Below are positions 52,708 through 64,000 of a DNA stretch of 64,000 nucleotides, in pieces; position 1 is the first letter of the stretch, and the number at the start of each line of letters is the position of its first letter. Position numbers and translations under genes: made by a program. The DNA comes from Escherichia coli (GTDB taxonomy: Bacteria > Pseudomonadota > Gammaproteobacteria > Enterobacterales > Enterobacteriaceae): NCBI RefSeq assembly GCF_003018255.1, contig NZ_CP027440.1; one strand, written 5' to 3'. The notes below the pieces were generated by a model. It was not told where the DNA came from and did no database searches. It saw only the letters and a list, made by a program, of their open reading frames with translations.

Positions 52708-53634
52708 ATGTCCGCCCAGAAACCGGGGTTGCATCCGCGCAACCGTCATCACAGCCGCTACGATCTCGCCACGCTTTGTCAGGTCAATCCTGAACTCAGG
52801 CAATTCCTCACGCTTACACCCGCCGGGGAGCAAAGCGTAGACTTTGCCAATCCGCTGGCGGTGAAGGCGCTCAATAAGGCGTTGCTGGCCCATTTTTACG
52901 CCGTAGCGAACTGGGATATCCCGGACGGTTTTCTCTGCCCGCCAGTACCGGGCCGGGCGGATTATATTCATCACCTTGCCGATTTACTGGCTGAAGCAAG
53001 CGGAACAATTCCAGCTAATGCCAGCATTCTGGATATCGGTGTTGGTGCGAACTGTATTTATCCGCTGATTGGCGTACATGAATATGGCTGGCGTTTTACC
53101 GGTAGTGAAACCAGCAGCCAGGCGTTAAGCAGTGCGCAGGCGATCATCAGTGCTAATCCGGGGCTTAACCGCGCCATTCGTCTGCGTCGGCAAAAAGAGA
53201 GTGGGGCGATTTTTAACGGCATCATCCATAAAAACGAGCAATACGATGCGACCTTGTGTAACCCGCCATTCCACGATTCCGCCGCTGCGGCACGGGCAGG
53301 TAGTGAACGTAAACGCCGTAACCTGAGGCTGAACAAAGACGATGCACTGAACTTTGGTGGTCAGCAACAGGAGTTGTGGTGTGAAGGCGGTGAGGTCGCT
53401 TTTATCAAAAAGATGATTGAAGAGAGCAAAGGCTTCGCGAAGCAGGTGATGTGGTTTACCTCGCTGGTATCTCGTGGTGAAAACTTACCGCCGTTGTATC
53501 GTGCTTTGACGGACGTAGGTGCGGTGAAGGTGGTAAAAAAAGAGATGGCCCAGGGGCAAAAGCAGAGCCGCTTTATAGCCTGGACCTTTATGAACGACGA
53601 GCAGCGCCGCCGTTTTGTCAATCGCCAGCGTTAA
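52708..53634 (+). CDS. rlmF: 23S rRNA m6A1618 methyltransferase
   Basis: ORF trimmed to [23 protein letters not shown] (308 aa) with SAM motif [14 protein letters not shown] and NPPF. Confidence 0.9.
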   Translation: MSAQKPGLHPRNRHHSRYDLATLCQVNPELRQFLTLTPAGEQSVDFANPLAVKALNKALLAHFYAVANWDIPDGFLCPPVPGRADYIHHLADLLAEASGTIPANASILDIGVGANCIYPLIGVHEYGWRFTGSETSSQALSSAQAIISANPGLNRAIRLRRQKESGAIFNGIIHKNEQYDATLCNPPFHDSAAAARAGSERKRRNLRLNKDDALNFGGQQQELWCEGGEVAFIKKMIEESKGFAKQVMWFTSLVSRGENLPPLYRALTDVGAVKVVKKEMAQGQKQSRFIAWTFMNDEQRRRFVNRQR

Positions 53635-55856
53635 AGCGTTGGCTCCCCCGGCGGCAACGGTTCAGCCGGGGCCGCGCCCGGAGCTGGCAGCACCTGATAA
53701 GTCTGCACCGGCGCGCGAACACCCGCCAGGTCGAAATGTTTTTTCACCTGGCTGTCGAGGGCAAAGCGGACCGTCCACTGTTTGAGTGGCAGCGTGGTGA
53801 ACGAAACACGCAGTGTAAACGCGGTATTGCTTAAGCCGACAATCCCGGCAAAGTTCGGTTCACCAATAACCAGCCCGCGAATTTCTTCGTTTTCCATCAA
53901 TTCTGCTACCGCATCTTTCAGTGCCTGATTGGCTTTATCAGCATCTTCATGGCGATCAACATCGTAGTTTGCCACTACCGAACCAATACCGCGGACGAAG
54001 TTAGCAAAGGTGGTTATCGAAGACCACGGAATGATGTGATACGCCCCGGTATCCTGGCGCACGCCCACGGAGCGAATCGACATCCGTTCCACAGTGCCGG
54101 TCAACGGCCCGATAGTCACCAAATCTCCAGTGTTCATGCCGTTTTCAAACTGAATAAATACCCCGGTGATAATATCTTTCACCAGCGTTTGCGAACCAAA
54201 AGAGATAGCCAGACCTAATGCCCCGGCACCTGCCAGCAATGGCGCGATATTAACGCCGATTTCCGACAACACAATCATGATGGTGATGGTACTGATAATC
54301 ACCGCCAGCGCGTTACGGAACAGCGTCAGCAGGGTACGCGTACGGGCGCTGGGTAGTGGGCGGCCATGAATATCCGAAGCCAGCCGGTTTTCGATCAAAC
54401 TGGCGAGCACCGTCCAGCCAACCGCCGAGAAGAAAAGAATGAGTGCGATACGGATCAGGATATCTACGGTTTTCTGCCCCGCACCGTTTTGCAGCCAGTT
54501 CCAGAAATCGAATAATCCCCATGCGCTCAACAGCAGCATTACCGCCACGCAGACGGTCAGAATACGCGCCGTTTTCAGCGCCGCCGAAAGCCAGCCATTC
54601 AGCCGTTTTTGCAGCTCCGGATAATTTCGCTGAGTATGTGGCGAGAGGGTGATGGTTTTCGCCAGCCAGCGGGAAAACATACCGGAAACAAATGCTGCGA
54701 TACCAATAATCGCCAGGCTGCGCACCGTTGCACCCATCATAAATTTCAGGCTGTTGCCCGGATCGAACAACGAAAAGAAAAACAGCACGATAAAATAGGC
54801 GCTTGCCAGCCAGTGCCACACCAGCGCAAAGGCGCGGATAAACAAGCTGAAAAAGGCCAGCGAATGCTCCGCAAAGTTGAGCAAATGTTGGGTAATCTCT
54901 TTTTTATTACGAAAGATCAGGTACAACGCCCAGATGGTCATGCACAGCATAATGATGACGTTCGCCAGCGCGCCAATTTGTACATTCACCTGATTAGAGA
55001 TAATCGGCACGGCCACAATCAGGCCATAACCTATCAAACTGCTTAACCAGCTCAGGCGACGGCTCCAGTAACGGGCGGTCTCGTCATGAATCGTGAATGG
55101 GCGCAGCTCCGCCACATTTGGGCAAAAAATCAGGCGTAGTACAGCTTTGAAAAATTCAATCAGGGCAAAGGCGTTGAGAAACAAACTTTGTTGGAAAGCG
55201 ATGGTGCGACTGCCCGCATTCAGGTTGTCGCTTAAAACCTGACCGACAAATAATGTCAGTGCCAGTAACAGCAGGTCGATAATAAACGCCCCGATAATCA
55301 TCGCCGGAAGCTGCAACCAGTTACTGCGCTCACGATTTTTTTGCCGCGCCCACTGGCCCATTTTGCGATACAGCGGAAGTGCGCACAGGCGAATCAGCCA
55401 GTAAAAACCAAACACTAATACCGCTAACATTGAAAAATGGGTCAACGCATTGCTGAAGGTTTGTGGATTAAACGGCTTATGCGGGGAGCCGGTGATATTG
55501 CGATAAAGTTGTCCGAAGCGGGCGGAAAGGGCTTCACCATAATGGCGGCTGACTTCGGTGACTTTTTGCAGCACGGTTTGCTCTTCAACCAGCGTCGGCG
55601 GCACGATCTTCGGTACGGGTTCCGCAGGGGGCGTCGCGGCGACGGTGCGCAACTGGTCGATCAACTCTTTACGTGAGGTGTCATTATCCAGCACATCCGC
55701 CAGTGCACCATAGGCCGCTTTTTTTTGTTCGATATCCGGTTCCGGGGCCGGTTCAGTCGTTGAGTCCGTTGTCGTTGTGGTTGTAACGCCGGGTATGGAT
55801 ACCGCGTGGGCAGGTGCGCCCAGCAGGCAGAAGAGGATGAACAGGATCCACCGCAT
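53631..55856 (-). CDS. ybiO: MscS-family mechanosensitive channel (large, multi-TM)
   Basis: ORF trimmed to [18 protein letters not shown] (signal peptide), 741 aa, with C-terminal MscS core. Confidence 0.9.
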   Translation of the reverse strand: MRWILFILFCLLGAPAHAVSIPGVTTTTTTDSTTEPAPEPDIEQKKAAYGALADVLDNDTSRKELIDQLRTVAATPPAEPVPKIVPPTLVEEQTVLQKVTEVSRHYGEALSARFGQLYRNITGSPHKPFNPQTFSNALTHFSMLAVLVFGFYWLIRLCALPLYRKMGQWARQKNRERSNWLQLPAMIIGAFIIDLLLLALTLFVGQVLSDNLNAGSRTIAFQQSLFLNAFALIEFFKAVLRLIFCPNVAELRPFTIHDETARYWSRRLSWLSSLIGYGLIVAVPIISNQVNVQIGALANVIIMLCMTIWALYLIFRNKKEITQHLLNFAEHSLAFFSLFIRAFALVWHWLASAYFIVLFFFSLFDPGNSLKFMMGATVRSLAIIGIAAFVSGMFSRWLAKTITLSPHTQRNYPELQKRLNGWLSAALKTARILTVCVAVMLLLSAWGLFDFWNWLQNGAGQKTVDILIRIALILFFSAVGWTVLASLIENRLASDIHGRPLPSARTRTLLTLFRNALAVIISTITIMIVLSEIGVNIAPLLAGAGALGLAISFGSQTLVKDIITGVFIQFENGMNTGDLVTIGPLTGTVERMSIRSVGVRQDTGAYHIIPWSSITTFANFVRGIGSVVANYDVDRHEDADKANQALKDAVAELMENEEIRGLVIGEPNFAGIVGLSNTAFTLRVSFTTLPLKQWTVRFALDSQVKKHFDLAGVRAPVQTYQVLPAPGAAPAEPLPPGEPTL

Positions 55857-55972
55857 GACTCCTCCAGTGAGAAAACAGAGCAAAAAGATAAGTATAGATG
55901 CTGGAGGAGGGGCGATTTTAAATGAGAGGAATCTGGTGTGCCTCCCTTTCGGAGGAAAGGGAGGCTGAGAAG

Positions 55973-56695
55973 TTAAGAGACGTGCTGCAAAAATTCCTGC
56001 AAGCGCTGGCTCGGTGGGTTCTTGATCAACACCTGCGGATCGCCATCTTCCGCAATCCGGCCTTTGTCGATAAAGATCAGGCGCGAAGCTACTTTCTCGG
56101 CAAAACCGATTTCGTGTGTCACGATCACCATCGTCATCCCTTCTTCAGCCAGATCCTGCATAACCTTCAGCACTTCATGGCGCAGTTCCGGGTCAAGAGC
56201 GGAAGTCGGTTCATCAAACAGCATCATTTTCGGCTTCACCGCCAGCGCGCGTGCGATCGCCACACGCTGCTGTTGACCACCAGAAAGTTCGGAAGGGTAG
56301 TGATGTGCACGTTCTGCCAGACCGACTTTCGCCAGCAGCTCACGCGCCAGTTTTTCCGCCTCTTCTTTGTTCGCGCCACGCACGCGTAGCGGACCAAACA
56401 TGACGTTTTCCAGCGCCGTCAGATGCGGGAAGAGGTAAAACTGCTGGAACACCATACCTGCTTCCTGGCGAATCAGGCGCTCGTCAACTTTCGGATCGTT
56501 AACCTTCAGGCCATCGACAATCAGATCGCCGGAAGTGATTTCTTCCAGTTTGTTGATGCAGCGCAGCAGGGTCGATTTACCGGAACCGGACGGCCCGATA
56601 ATCACCACGACTTCGCCCTGAGCAATGTTCAAATCGATATTGTGCAGCACCTGGGTTGGACCAAAATGCTTGGAGACGTTTTTAAATTCAATCAC
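55973..56695 (-). CDS. glnQ: glutamine ABC transporter ATP-binding protein
   Basis: 240-aa ORF with GPSGSGKST and LSGGQQQR. Confidence 0.96.
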
Positions 56696-57351
56696 AGGAT
56701 TTTCATCCTTCTTTCCAGACGACGCAGAATAAAGCTCAGCACCAGGGTAATAATCAGATAGAACACCGCCACGGCGCTCCAGATCTCAAGGGCGCGGAAG
56801 TTACCGGCAATAATTTCTTGCCCCTGACGGGTCAGTTCCGCCACGCCGATAACAATAAACAGCGAGGTGTCTTTAATGCTGATGATCCACTGGTTACCCA
56901 GCGGCGGCAGCATACGACGCAGTGCCAGCGGTAAAATGACGTAGCGAATGGTTTCCCAACGTGAAAGACCGAGCGCCAGTCCTGCTTCACGAAAACCTTT
57001 GTGAATAGACAGCACCGCACCACGCGTGATTTCCGCAATGTATGCGCCGGAGTTGATCATGATGGTGACCACCGCCGCAGTAAATGGGTCGATGCGTAAG
57101 TCGTTAAATGCCATCGGCAGGGCGAAATAGATAAACATCACCTGGACGACGATAGGTGTGCCGCGGATCACTTCAATAAAGACCAGCGCGACGTGGTTGG
57201 CTATCCAACCACCGAAGGTGCGTGCAAAACCTGCCAGCAATCCGATCACCAGGCCGCCAGCCAGACCGAGGACCGAGATCCACAGGGTCATTTTGGCACC
57301 TTCAATCAGAAGCGGAATGGCAGGCCAGATGGCACTCCAGTCAAACTGCAT
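56692..57351 (-). CDS. glnP: glutamine ABC transporter permease
   Basis: 219-aa membrane ORF; overlaps the glnQ start. Confidence 0.95.
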
Positions 57352-57399
57352 ATGTTGTTCCTGTTACCGTGGTGTAAATAATCAAATTCAGGGTAATTA

Positions 57400-57480
57400 A
57401 TGGCCCCGGAGCGGGTTTGCGCCCCTCACCCTAATCCTCTCCCCAGAGGGGAGAGGGAACTGCCAGTGCGCCTTACAGGC
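57400..57480. repeat. GC-rich hairpin-containing intergenic repeat between glnH and glnP
   Basis: gcccctcaccctaatcctctccccagaggggagagggaactgcc with stem cctctcccc/ggggagagg; family (boxC- or REP-related) not resolved by eye. Confidence 0.5.
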
Positions 57481-57489
57481 GTAGCGTTA

Positions 57490-58251
<762 letters not shown>

Positions 58252-58275
58252 CTATCCACGGGACGATCCCCTGCG

Positions 58276-58407
58276 TGACATTCACATATATGAAAAAATC
58301 GTGCCAGTTTTGCAACTCATTGATTTTTCGAGATGCGGCAAAAACGTGATGCACGATTTATAGGGCAATACCCTGAAGATGCACCATTCTGGGGCACCAA
58401 ACTGGTG
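58276..58407 (-). promoter_or_regulatory. glnH regulatory region: sigma-54-type promoter and two overlapping NtrC sites
   Basis: Minus strand reads CTGGCACGATTTTTTCATATATG (TGGCAC -24 element with a weak -12); upstream TGCACCATTCTGGGGCA and GCACCAAACTGGTGC fit the NtrC palindrome. Confidence 0.6.
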
Positions 58408-58572
58408 CGCTAAAATTGTGCACTCAACACAGTGATTATTTAGCGTAAAACCTGATGAAAAAACAATCTTTATGTAACGATTGTGTGATGATGTGGATAC
58501 AAAAAATTTACTTAATCAGCTGAAGATAGCAGATGGATGCACTAAATAAGTGCGTTGAGGCGGGCTACAAAA

Positions 58573-58600
58573 CAAAACGGCCTCCTGTCAGGAAGCCGCC
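58573..58600 (-). terminator. rho-independent terminator after dps
   Basis: Minus strand ggcggcttcctgacaggaggccg followed by ttttgtttt. Confidence 0.6.
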
Positions 58601-58639
58601 TTTATCGTGTACTAAAGTTCTGCACCATCAGCGATGGAT

Positions 58640-59317
<678 letters not shown>

Positions 59318-59404
59318 TTATTTGCTCGCCAGGAATTTTCGGAATAAATATGCTTTTGCATAATTCGATATATAAAGACGGTGTAGAGGAAAAGTAGCGA
59401 TAAA

Positions 59405-59434
59405 TTCTGCATGGTTATGCATAACCATGCAGAA
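59405..59434. repeat. perfect 30-bp palindrome; likely rhtA terminator in the far-upstream dps region
   Basis: ttctgcatggttatgcataaccatgcagaa lies 9 bp downstream of the rhtA stop and is followed on the minus strand by tttatcgctactttt. Confidence 0.6.
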
Positions 59435-59442
59435 ATGTAAAT

Positions 59443-60330
59443 TTAATTAATGTCTAATTCTTTTATTTTGCTCTCTTTGCGTACTGTCAGCGTAGAACCC
59501 ATTGAAGCGGCGATAATTGCGCCGAGCGCCAGCAGCTGTATGGGTGTCAGTGTTTCTCCGAGGAAAATCATCCCGGAAACGGCAGCCAGTGCCGGTTCCA
59601 TGCTCATCAGCGTACCAAATGTCCGCGTTGGCAAACGGGTGAGGGCAATCATTTCCAGCGAATAAGGCAGAGCGGTCGAGAGAATAGCGACCGCCAGACC
59701 CAATGGAATAACCGACCAGTGCCAGAGTGCTTCACCAGCCTGAAGCGCTCCAATTGGCACGAAAATTAACGCTGCAATCAACGAACCAATTGCCACCGTC
59801 GCAGGGCCATGTTCCGCTCCTGCGCGTTGCCCACTTAAAATGTAAATAGCCCAACAAGCCCCTGCTCCCAGTGCCAGCGCACAGCCGGTTAAATCGACAT
59901 GGGAAACGTCTTGCCCCAGCGGTAGCAGGAACCACAGACCAAGAGCCGCCAGAACAACCCAGACGAAATCTACCGGGCGACGAGAAGAGAACAGCGCCAC
60001 CGCCAGTGGTCCGGTGAACTCCAGCGCCACCGCAATACCCAGCGGTACCGTCTGAATAGAAAGATAAAAAAGATAATTCATCCCCCCCAGCGAAACGCCG
60101 TAAAACAACAGCGGTAACCGCTGCTCTTTGGCAAAGCGCAGTCGCCATGGCTTAAAGAACGCGATGAGGATCAGCGTTCCTAATGCCAGACGCAGCGCAG
60201 TGACACCCGGTGCGCCCACCAGAGGAAAAAGTGACTTAGCTAACGAGGCTCCACCCTGAATAGACGCCATGGCAACGAGCAATATGACTATTGGTAACCA
60301 GACCGGCATTTTACGTAATGAACCAGGCAT
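59443..60330 (-). CDS. rhtA: threonine/homoserine exporter (DMT superfamily)
   Basis: ORF trimmed to MPGSLRKMPVWLPIVILLVAMASIQ (295 aa), 10-TM profile. Confidence 0.93.
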   Translation of the reverse strand: MPGSLRKMPVWLPIVILLVAMASIQGGASLAKSLFPLVGAPGVTALRLALGTLILIAFFKPWRLRFAKEQRLPLLFYGVSLGGMNYLFYLSIQTVPLGIAVALEFTGPLAVALFSSRRPVDFVWVVLAALGLWFLLPLGQDVSHVDLTGCALALGAGACWAIYILSGQRAGAEHGPATVAIGSLIAALIFVPIGALQAGEALWHWSVIPLGLAVAILSTALPYSLEMIALTRLPTRTFGTLMSMEPALAAVSGMIFLGETLTPIQLLALGAIIAASMGSTLTVRKESKIKELDIN

Positions 60331-60682
60331 CCTTTCTCCCACAAATATCTAAACCTAAGTAAAGCGTGGAGTGTACTGGATATACCCAATGCTGGTTGAG
60401 CATTTGTTGAAAAAATTTTCCCCCGTTTTGACTAAAATGCGCCAGGATTGATGGAATCATTAGTCTGGTGATTAGGAATAATCTGGATGAATGACAGGGA
60501 AAACATGCGTAATACTTATGCAGTTCTCTGAAAAAGTGATTTAAATTTAGATGGATAGCGGTGTATGGAAACGTTCTGTTACATGAAATGGCCCGTTAGA
60601 CATCACAAATCGCGAAGAGTTTCCCATTAATTTTTGATATATTTAAAACTTAGGACTTATTTGAATCACATTTGAGGTGGTT

Positions 60683-61198
60683 ATGAAAAAAATTGCATGT
60701 CTTTCAGCACTGGCCGCAGTTCTGGCTTTCACCGCAGGTACTTCCGTAGCTGCGACTTCTACCGTAACTGGCGGTTACGCACAGAGCGACGCTCAGGGCC
60801 AAATGAACAAAATGGGCGGTTTCAACCTGAAATACCGCTATGAAGAAGACAACAGCCCGCTGGGTGTGATCGGTTCTTTCACTTACACCGAGAAAAGCCG
60901 TACTGCAAGCTCTGGTGACTACAACAAAAACCAGTACTACGGCATCACTGCTGGTCCGGCTTACCGCATTAACGACTGGGCAAGCATCTACGGTGTAGTG
61001 GGTGTGGGTTATGGTAAATTCCAGACCACTGAATACCCGACCTACAAACACGACACCAGCGACTACGGTTTCTCCTACGGTGCTGGTCTGCAGTTCAACC
61101 CGATGGAAAACGTTGCTCTGGACTTCTCTTACGAGCAGAGCCGTATTCGTAGCGTTGACGTAGGCACCTGGATTGCCGGTGTTGGTTACCGCTTCTAA
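60683..61198 (+). CDS. ompX: outer membrane protein X
   Basis: ORF trimmed to MKKIACLSALAAVLAFTAGTSVA (171 aa), C-terminal ...GVGYRF beta-barrel signature. Confidence 0.96.
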   Translation: MKKIACLSALAAVLAFTAGTSVAATSTVTGGYAQSDAQGQMNKMGGFNLKYRYEEDNSPLGVIGSFTYTEKSRTASSGDYNKNQYYGITAGPAYRINDWASIYGVVGVGYGKFQTTEYPTYKHDTSDYGFSYGAGLQFNPMENVALDFSYEQSRIRSVDVGTWIAGVGYRF

Positions 61199-61214
61199 TC
61201 ACTTCGGTGATATA

Positions 61215-61245
61215 AAAAATCCGCCTCTCGGGGCGGATTTTTGTT
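61215..61245. terminator. bidirectional rho-independent terminator between ompX and opgE
   Basis: aaaaatccgcc-tctcg-gggcggattttt with U-tracts on both strands. Confidence 0.8.
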
Positions 61246-61246
61246 T

Positions 61247-62830
61247 TTAAGGTTTCGGGTCGAAAATATCGGTTCCGAGATGGTTGTAATCTACCTTCTG
61301 TAACTGGAAGTTGGTGATGTATATCGGCCCGGCTTTCTTCTCAGATATAAACGGGTATTTGATATTTATTTCCTTCGCTTTAATTCCCGTCCACTGGGAG
61401 AAAAAGCCTAAGAAGTCATTGGCAGAGCGGCGGGCTTTAATCACCCGATGCGCTTTATCGTCGCTCGAAATGACCATAAAAGGCACCTGGAAATTTTGCT
61501 GATACTTATCATCATGGGCAAGGTATTGCACGTCTTTGCCACGCTCTTTAAAGGCCAGACCGTGGTCAGAAAAGTAAACCAGCGAGAAGCTACTGCCGCT
61601 GTTGCGTAACTGATCGTACAGCTTACGCAGTAAATCGTCTGTTTGCGTCATGGTATAGAGATAGCACGACGTTTCTTTCGATTGCACAAAGGTTTCGTAT
61701 TTGCCTTGTGTCCGGTCGCAGGCCTGCGGATGTGAGCCCATCAGATGTAAAACAATCAGCTGCGGTTGCGAGTGCTCTTGCGCCAGCACTTGAGCGGTCA
61801 TATCCAGTAACGCTTCGTCTTTCGTGTTTTTATCTGCTTCAAAATTACCTTCTTTCAGGAAGTACACTTCATCTGCACGTTTGGCGATGCTGGCGATGGC
61901 GGTATCGTATTCGCCGATTTGGCCCTGGTTGGAAAACCACCAGGTCTGGAAGCCCGCGCGATTTGCCAGGGTGACAAAGTTATCCTGAAACTGTGGTTTG
62001 CCATCGACAACGCGATTGAGCGTTAAGCCAAGCGATTTCTGCGTGGAGCCACTGGCGGCAATGTAGTCAGCAAATATCAAACCGTTAACGCTGCTGGCAA
62101 ACGGGGTATTGTCCCAGTGACCGCCAAAGGCACCGAGGGCATCGCGACGCGCGCTTTCTCCGATCACCACCACATAGGTCTGATACTTCGGCTTAACGGC
62201 AGTGACCGTCCAGGTATCTTTCATTCCGGACAGTTTTGCCATCCGTTCTTGCTCTTCAATCACCTCGTTATTATTGACGATGACATCCTTAGCAAAACGA
62301 AATACCGGATAGCCAGTATCTTTCAGTTTAAATACGCCACCCCAGGCCAGGTTTTGCACGGGAGCAACAAAAAATGTCGCCACACTGAATACCAGACACA
62401 GGCTGTCGAAGGTATTCCAGCGCGCTTTTTCACTCTCTTTTTTCCGCCTGATTGCTATTACGCCGAGCGCAAAAATAAATAAGCCGACCAGGTAGCTGTA
62501 CCACGGAAAAATCGTCAGGATTTCGGTCGACTCTTCCATATTGGTGGAGTGCAATGCCAGCAATGTATTGAAATTAGGTGCGCCGTAGGCCTGAGCAAAA
62601 GGGAAATAACAAGCCGCCACCAGCGAACTGACACCGACCAGAACTTTTTGTACGCGAGGCAATGTTCGCCATAGCAAAAGCAAAATAGCCGTAAACGCAG
62701 CGGTGTAGAGCAAACTGAAGGGATAACCTAAGCCGAGGTTAATTAATAGCGACTGTAAAAAGTAGAACGCAGTCCACGGGCTAAATACCCGGCTACGGGT
62801 AACAAGCGATTCTTTGAGGGTTAAATTCAT
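61247..62830 (-). CDS. opgE: phosphoethanolamine transferase (osmoregulated periplasmic glucan modification)
   Basis: 527-aa ORF with N-terminal TM segments and sulfatase-like domain. Confidence 0.9.
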   Translation of the reverse strand: MNLTLKESLVTRSRVFSPWTAFYFLQSLLINLGLGYPFSLLYTAAFTAILLLLWRTLPRVQKVLVGVSSLVAACYFPFAQAYGAPNFNTLLALHSTNMEESTEILTIFPWYSYLVGLFIFALGVIAIRRKKESEKARWNTFDSLCLVFSVATFFVAPVQNLAWGGVFKLKDTGYPVFRFAKDVIVNNNEVIEEQERMAKLSGMKDTWTVTAVKPKYQTYVVVIGESARRDALGAFGGHWDNTPFASSVNGLIFADYIAASGSTQKSLGLTLNRVVDGKPQFQDNFVTLANRAGFQTWWFSNQGQIGEYDTAIASIAKRADEVYFLKEGNFEADKNTKDEALLDMTAQVLAQEHSQPQLIVLHLMGSHPQACDRTQGKYETFVQSKETSCYLYTMTQTDDLLRKLYDQLRNSGSSFSLVYFSDHGLAFKERGKDVQYLAHDDKYQQNFQVPFMVISSDDKAHRVIKARRSANDFLGFFSQWTGIKAKEINIKYPFISEKKAGPIYITNFQLQKVDYNHLGTDIFDPKP

Positions 62831-63101
62831 ATGCCACTATCGTAACAAACGCCATGTGCTTACCCTGGCGTCAAGGGTCAATACCTGCAAGAGTGCGTGG
62901 AGAGGGGAAAGGGGTCCGCATCCGCGAGCCGCAATATACGCAGGGCTGCAAGAAGATAGAGCGAGCCGCCGTTCAGGTCAACTACTGACGAACAAATCTT
63001 TTGCGAAGGGGATTGCAAATCCGACAAAAAGTGGGGTTTTTCAGACCAAAACGCGTTATGCCTGCATAAAAGCAGGAGTGAAGCGGCGTACCGCGACGCC
63101 G

Positions 63102-63230
63102 CTATTTATCTGAAGGTTTATCTTGCTGCGGTTTGTTGTTGACCATATCGCACAACATAGAGAGCAGCATTAACCGTACTTTAAAGGGAGAATGACTAAA
63201 CACGCGCATACACCTCTTGAACTCATTCAT
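63102..63230 (-). CDS. mntS: small protein MntS (manganese homeostasis)
   Basis: Hand-translated 42-codon minus-strand ORF MNEFKRCMRVFSHSPFKVRLMLLSMLCDMVNNKPQQDKPSDK, below the ORF-track floor; MntR-type operators lie upstream. Confidence 0.85.
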   Translation of the reverse strand: MNEFKRCMRVFSHSPFKVRLMLLSMLCDMVNNKPQQDKPSDK

Positions 63231-63288
63231 AAGACCTCCTGACTTGCTAATCCCGTCGATCCTTGAGGGATGATTGCATTACATACAG

Positions 63289-63322
63289 ATATAGCACAGG
63301 CTATATTATATAGCTATTGCTA
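63289..63322. promoter_or_regulatory. MntR operator(s) in the mntS promoter
   Basis: atatagcacaggctatat is an ATAGC-centred palindrome, followed by a second partial copy tatatagctattgcta. Confidence 0.65.
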
Positions 63323-63415
63323 AAACGTTAATTTTTTGTACCTTCGCAACTCTGGTTTACAATGTGCGCACGAAATGAGAACGCTATGTATGCGTCACCA
63401 TAATGAGGAAGCACA

Positions 63416-63883
63416 ATGAGTCGTCGCGCAGGTACGCCAACAGCAAAAAAAGTGACGCAGTTAGTGAACGTGGAAGAGCACGTTGAAGGGTTCCGCCAGG
63501 TCAGAGAGGCGCATCGGCGCGAGCTGATTGATGATTACGTTGAGCTGATTTCTGACTTGATCAGGGAAGTGGGGGAAGCTCGTCAGGTAGACATGGCTGC
63601 TCGTTTGGGAGTTTCGCAACCGACGGTGGCTAAAATGCTTAAGCGACTGGCAACCATGGGGCTGATTGAAATGATCCCCTGGCGTGGCGTGTTTTTAACG
63701 GCAGAAGGAGAGAAACTGGCGCAGGAAAGCCGCGAGCGACATCAGATAGTCGAAAATTTCTTGTTGGTGTTGGGCGTCAGTCCGGAAATCGCCCGTCGCG
63801 ACGCGGAAGGCATGGAGCACCATGTTAGTGAAGAGACGCTGGATGCCTTTCGTTTGTTTACCCAGAAACACGGTGCCAAATGA
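63416..63883 (+). CDS. mntR: manganese-responsive transcriptional regulator MntR (DtxR family)
   Basis: 155-aa [51 protein letters not shown]. Confidence 0.95.
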
Positions 63884-64000
63884 GCCTGCCTTTTTTACGC
63901 ACGCTGCAAGGCGATCGTTTTTTTCAGTTATTAATTCTTGTTGGCATCGGATTAAGTTTTTTCGTTCCCTTTGCACCGAAATCCTGGCCTGCTGCTATCG
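63880..64000 (+). CDS. ybiR: putative anion transporter YbiR, 5' partial (runs off window end)
   Basis: ATG at 63880 overlaps the mntR stop (ATGA); reads [40 protein letters not shown]. Confidence 0.8.

Noticed and set aside
62814-63113. 99-aa plus-strand ORF between opgE and mntS
   Set aside because: Overlaps the opgE start and mntS 3' end on the wrong strand; the region is better explained as the opgE promoter plus mntS.

Overview
This window reads as ordinary Escherichia coli core chromosome, running from the gal operon to the mntR/ybiR locus, and I found no undescribed system in it. It carries about 60 protein-coding genes at near-wall-to-wall density: galKTE, modFE, acrZ, modABC, ybhA, pgl, ybhD, ybhHIJ, ybhC, ybhB, bioA/bioBFCD, uvrB, ybhK, moaABCDE, ybhL, ybhM, ybhN-clsB-ybhP, ybhQ, ybhRSFG-cecR, rhlE, dinG, ybiB, hcxB, ybiJ, ybiI-ybiX-fiu, mcbA, rlmF, ybiO, glnQPH, dps, rhtA, ompX, opgE, mntS, mntR and the start of ybiR. 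I see no rRNA, tRNA, CRISPR array, IS element, integrase or prophage block. Non-coding content is what this region is known for: REP/BIME clusters, one complete ERIC element, the Moco riboswitch leader of moaA, and operators for GalR, ModE, BirA, LexA, Fur, NtrC and MntR. The things worth a second look are strain-level lesions judged against my recollection of K-12: an apparent frameshift splitting ybhJ, a shortened ybhM, and a 5'-truncated ybiA. The least characterised modules are ybhD-ybhHIJ, ybhL/ybhM and ybhN-clsB-ybhP. All calls rest on reading the sequence and ORF translations plus recalled family knowledge; no searches were run.
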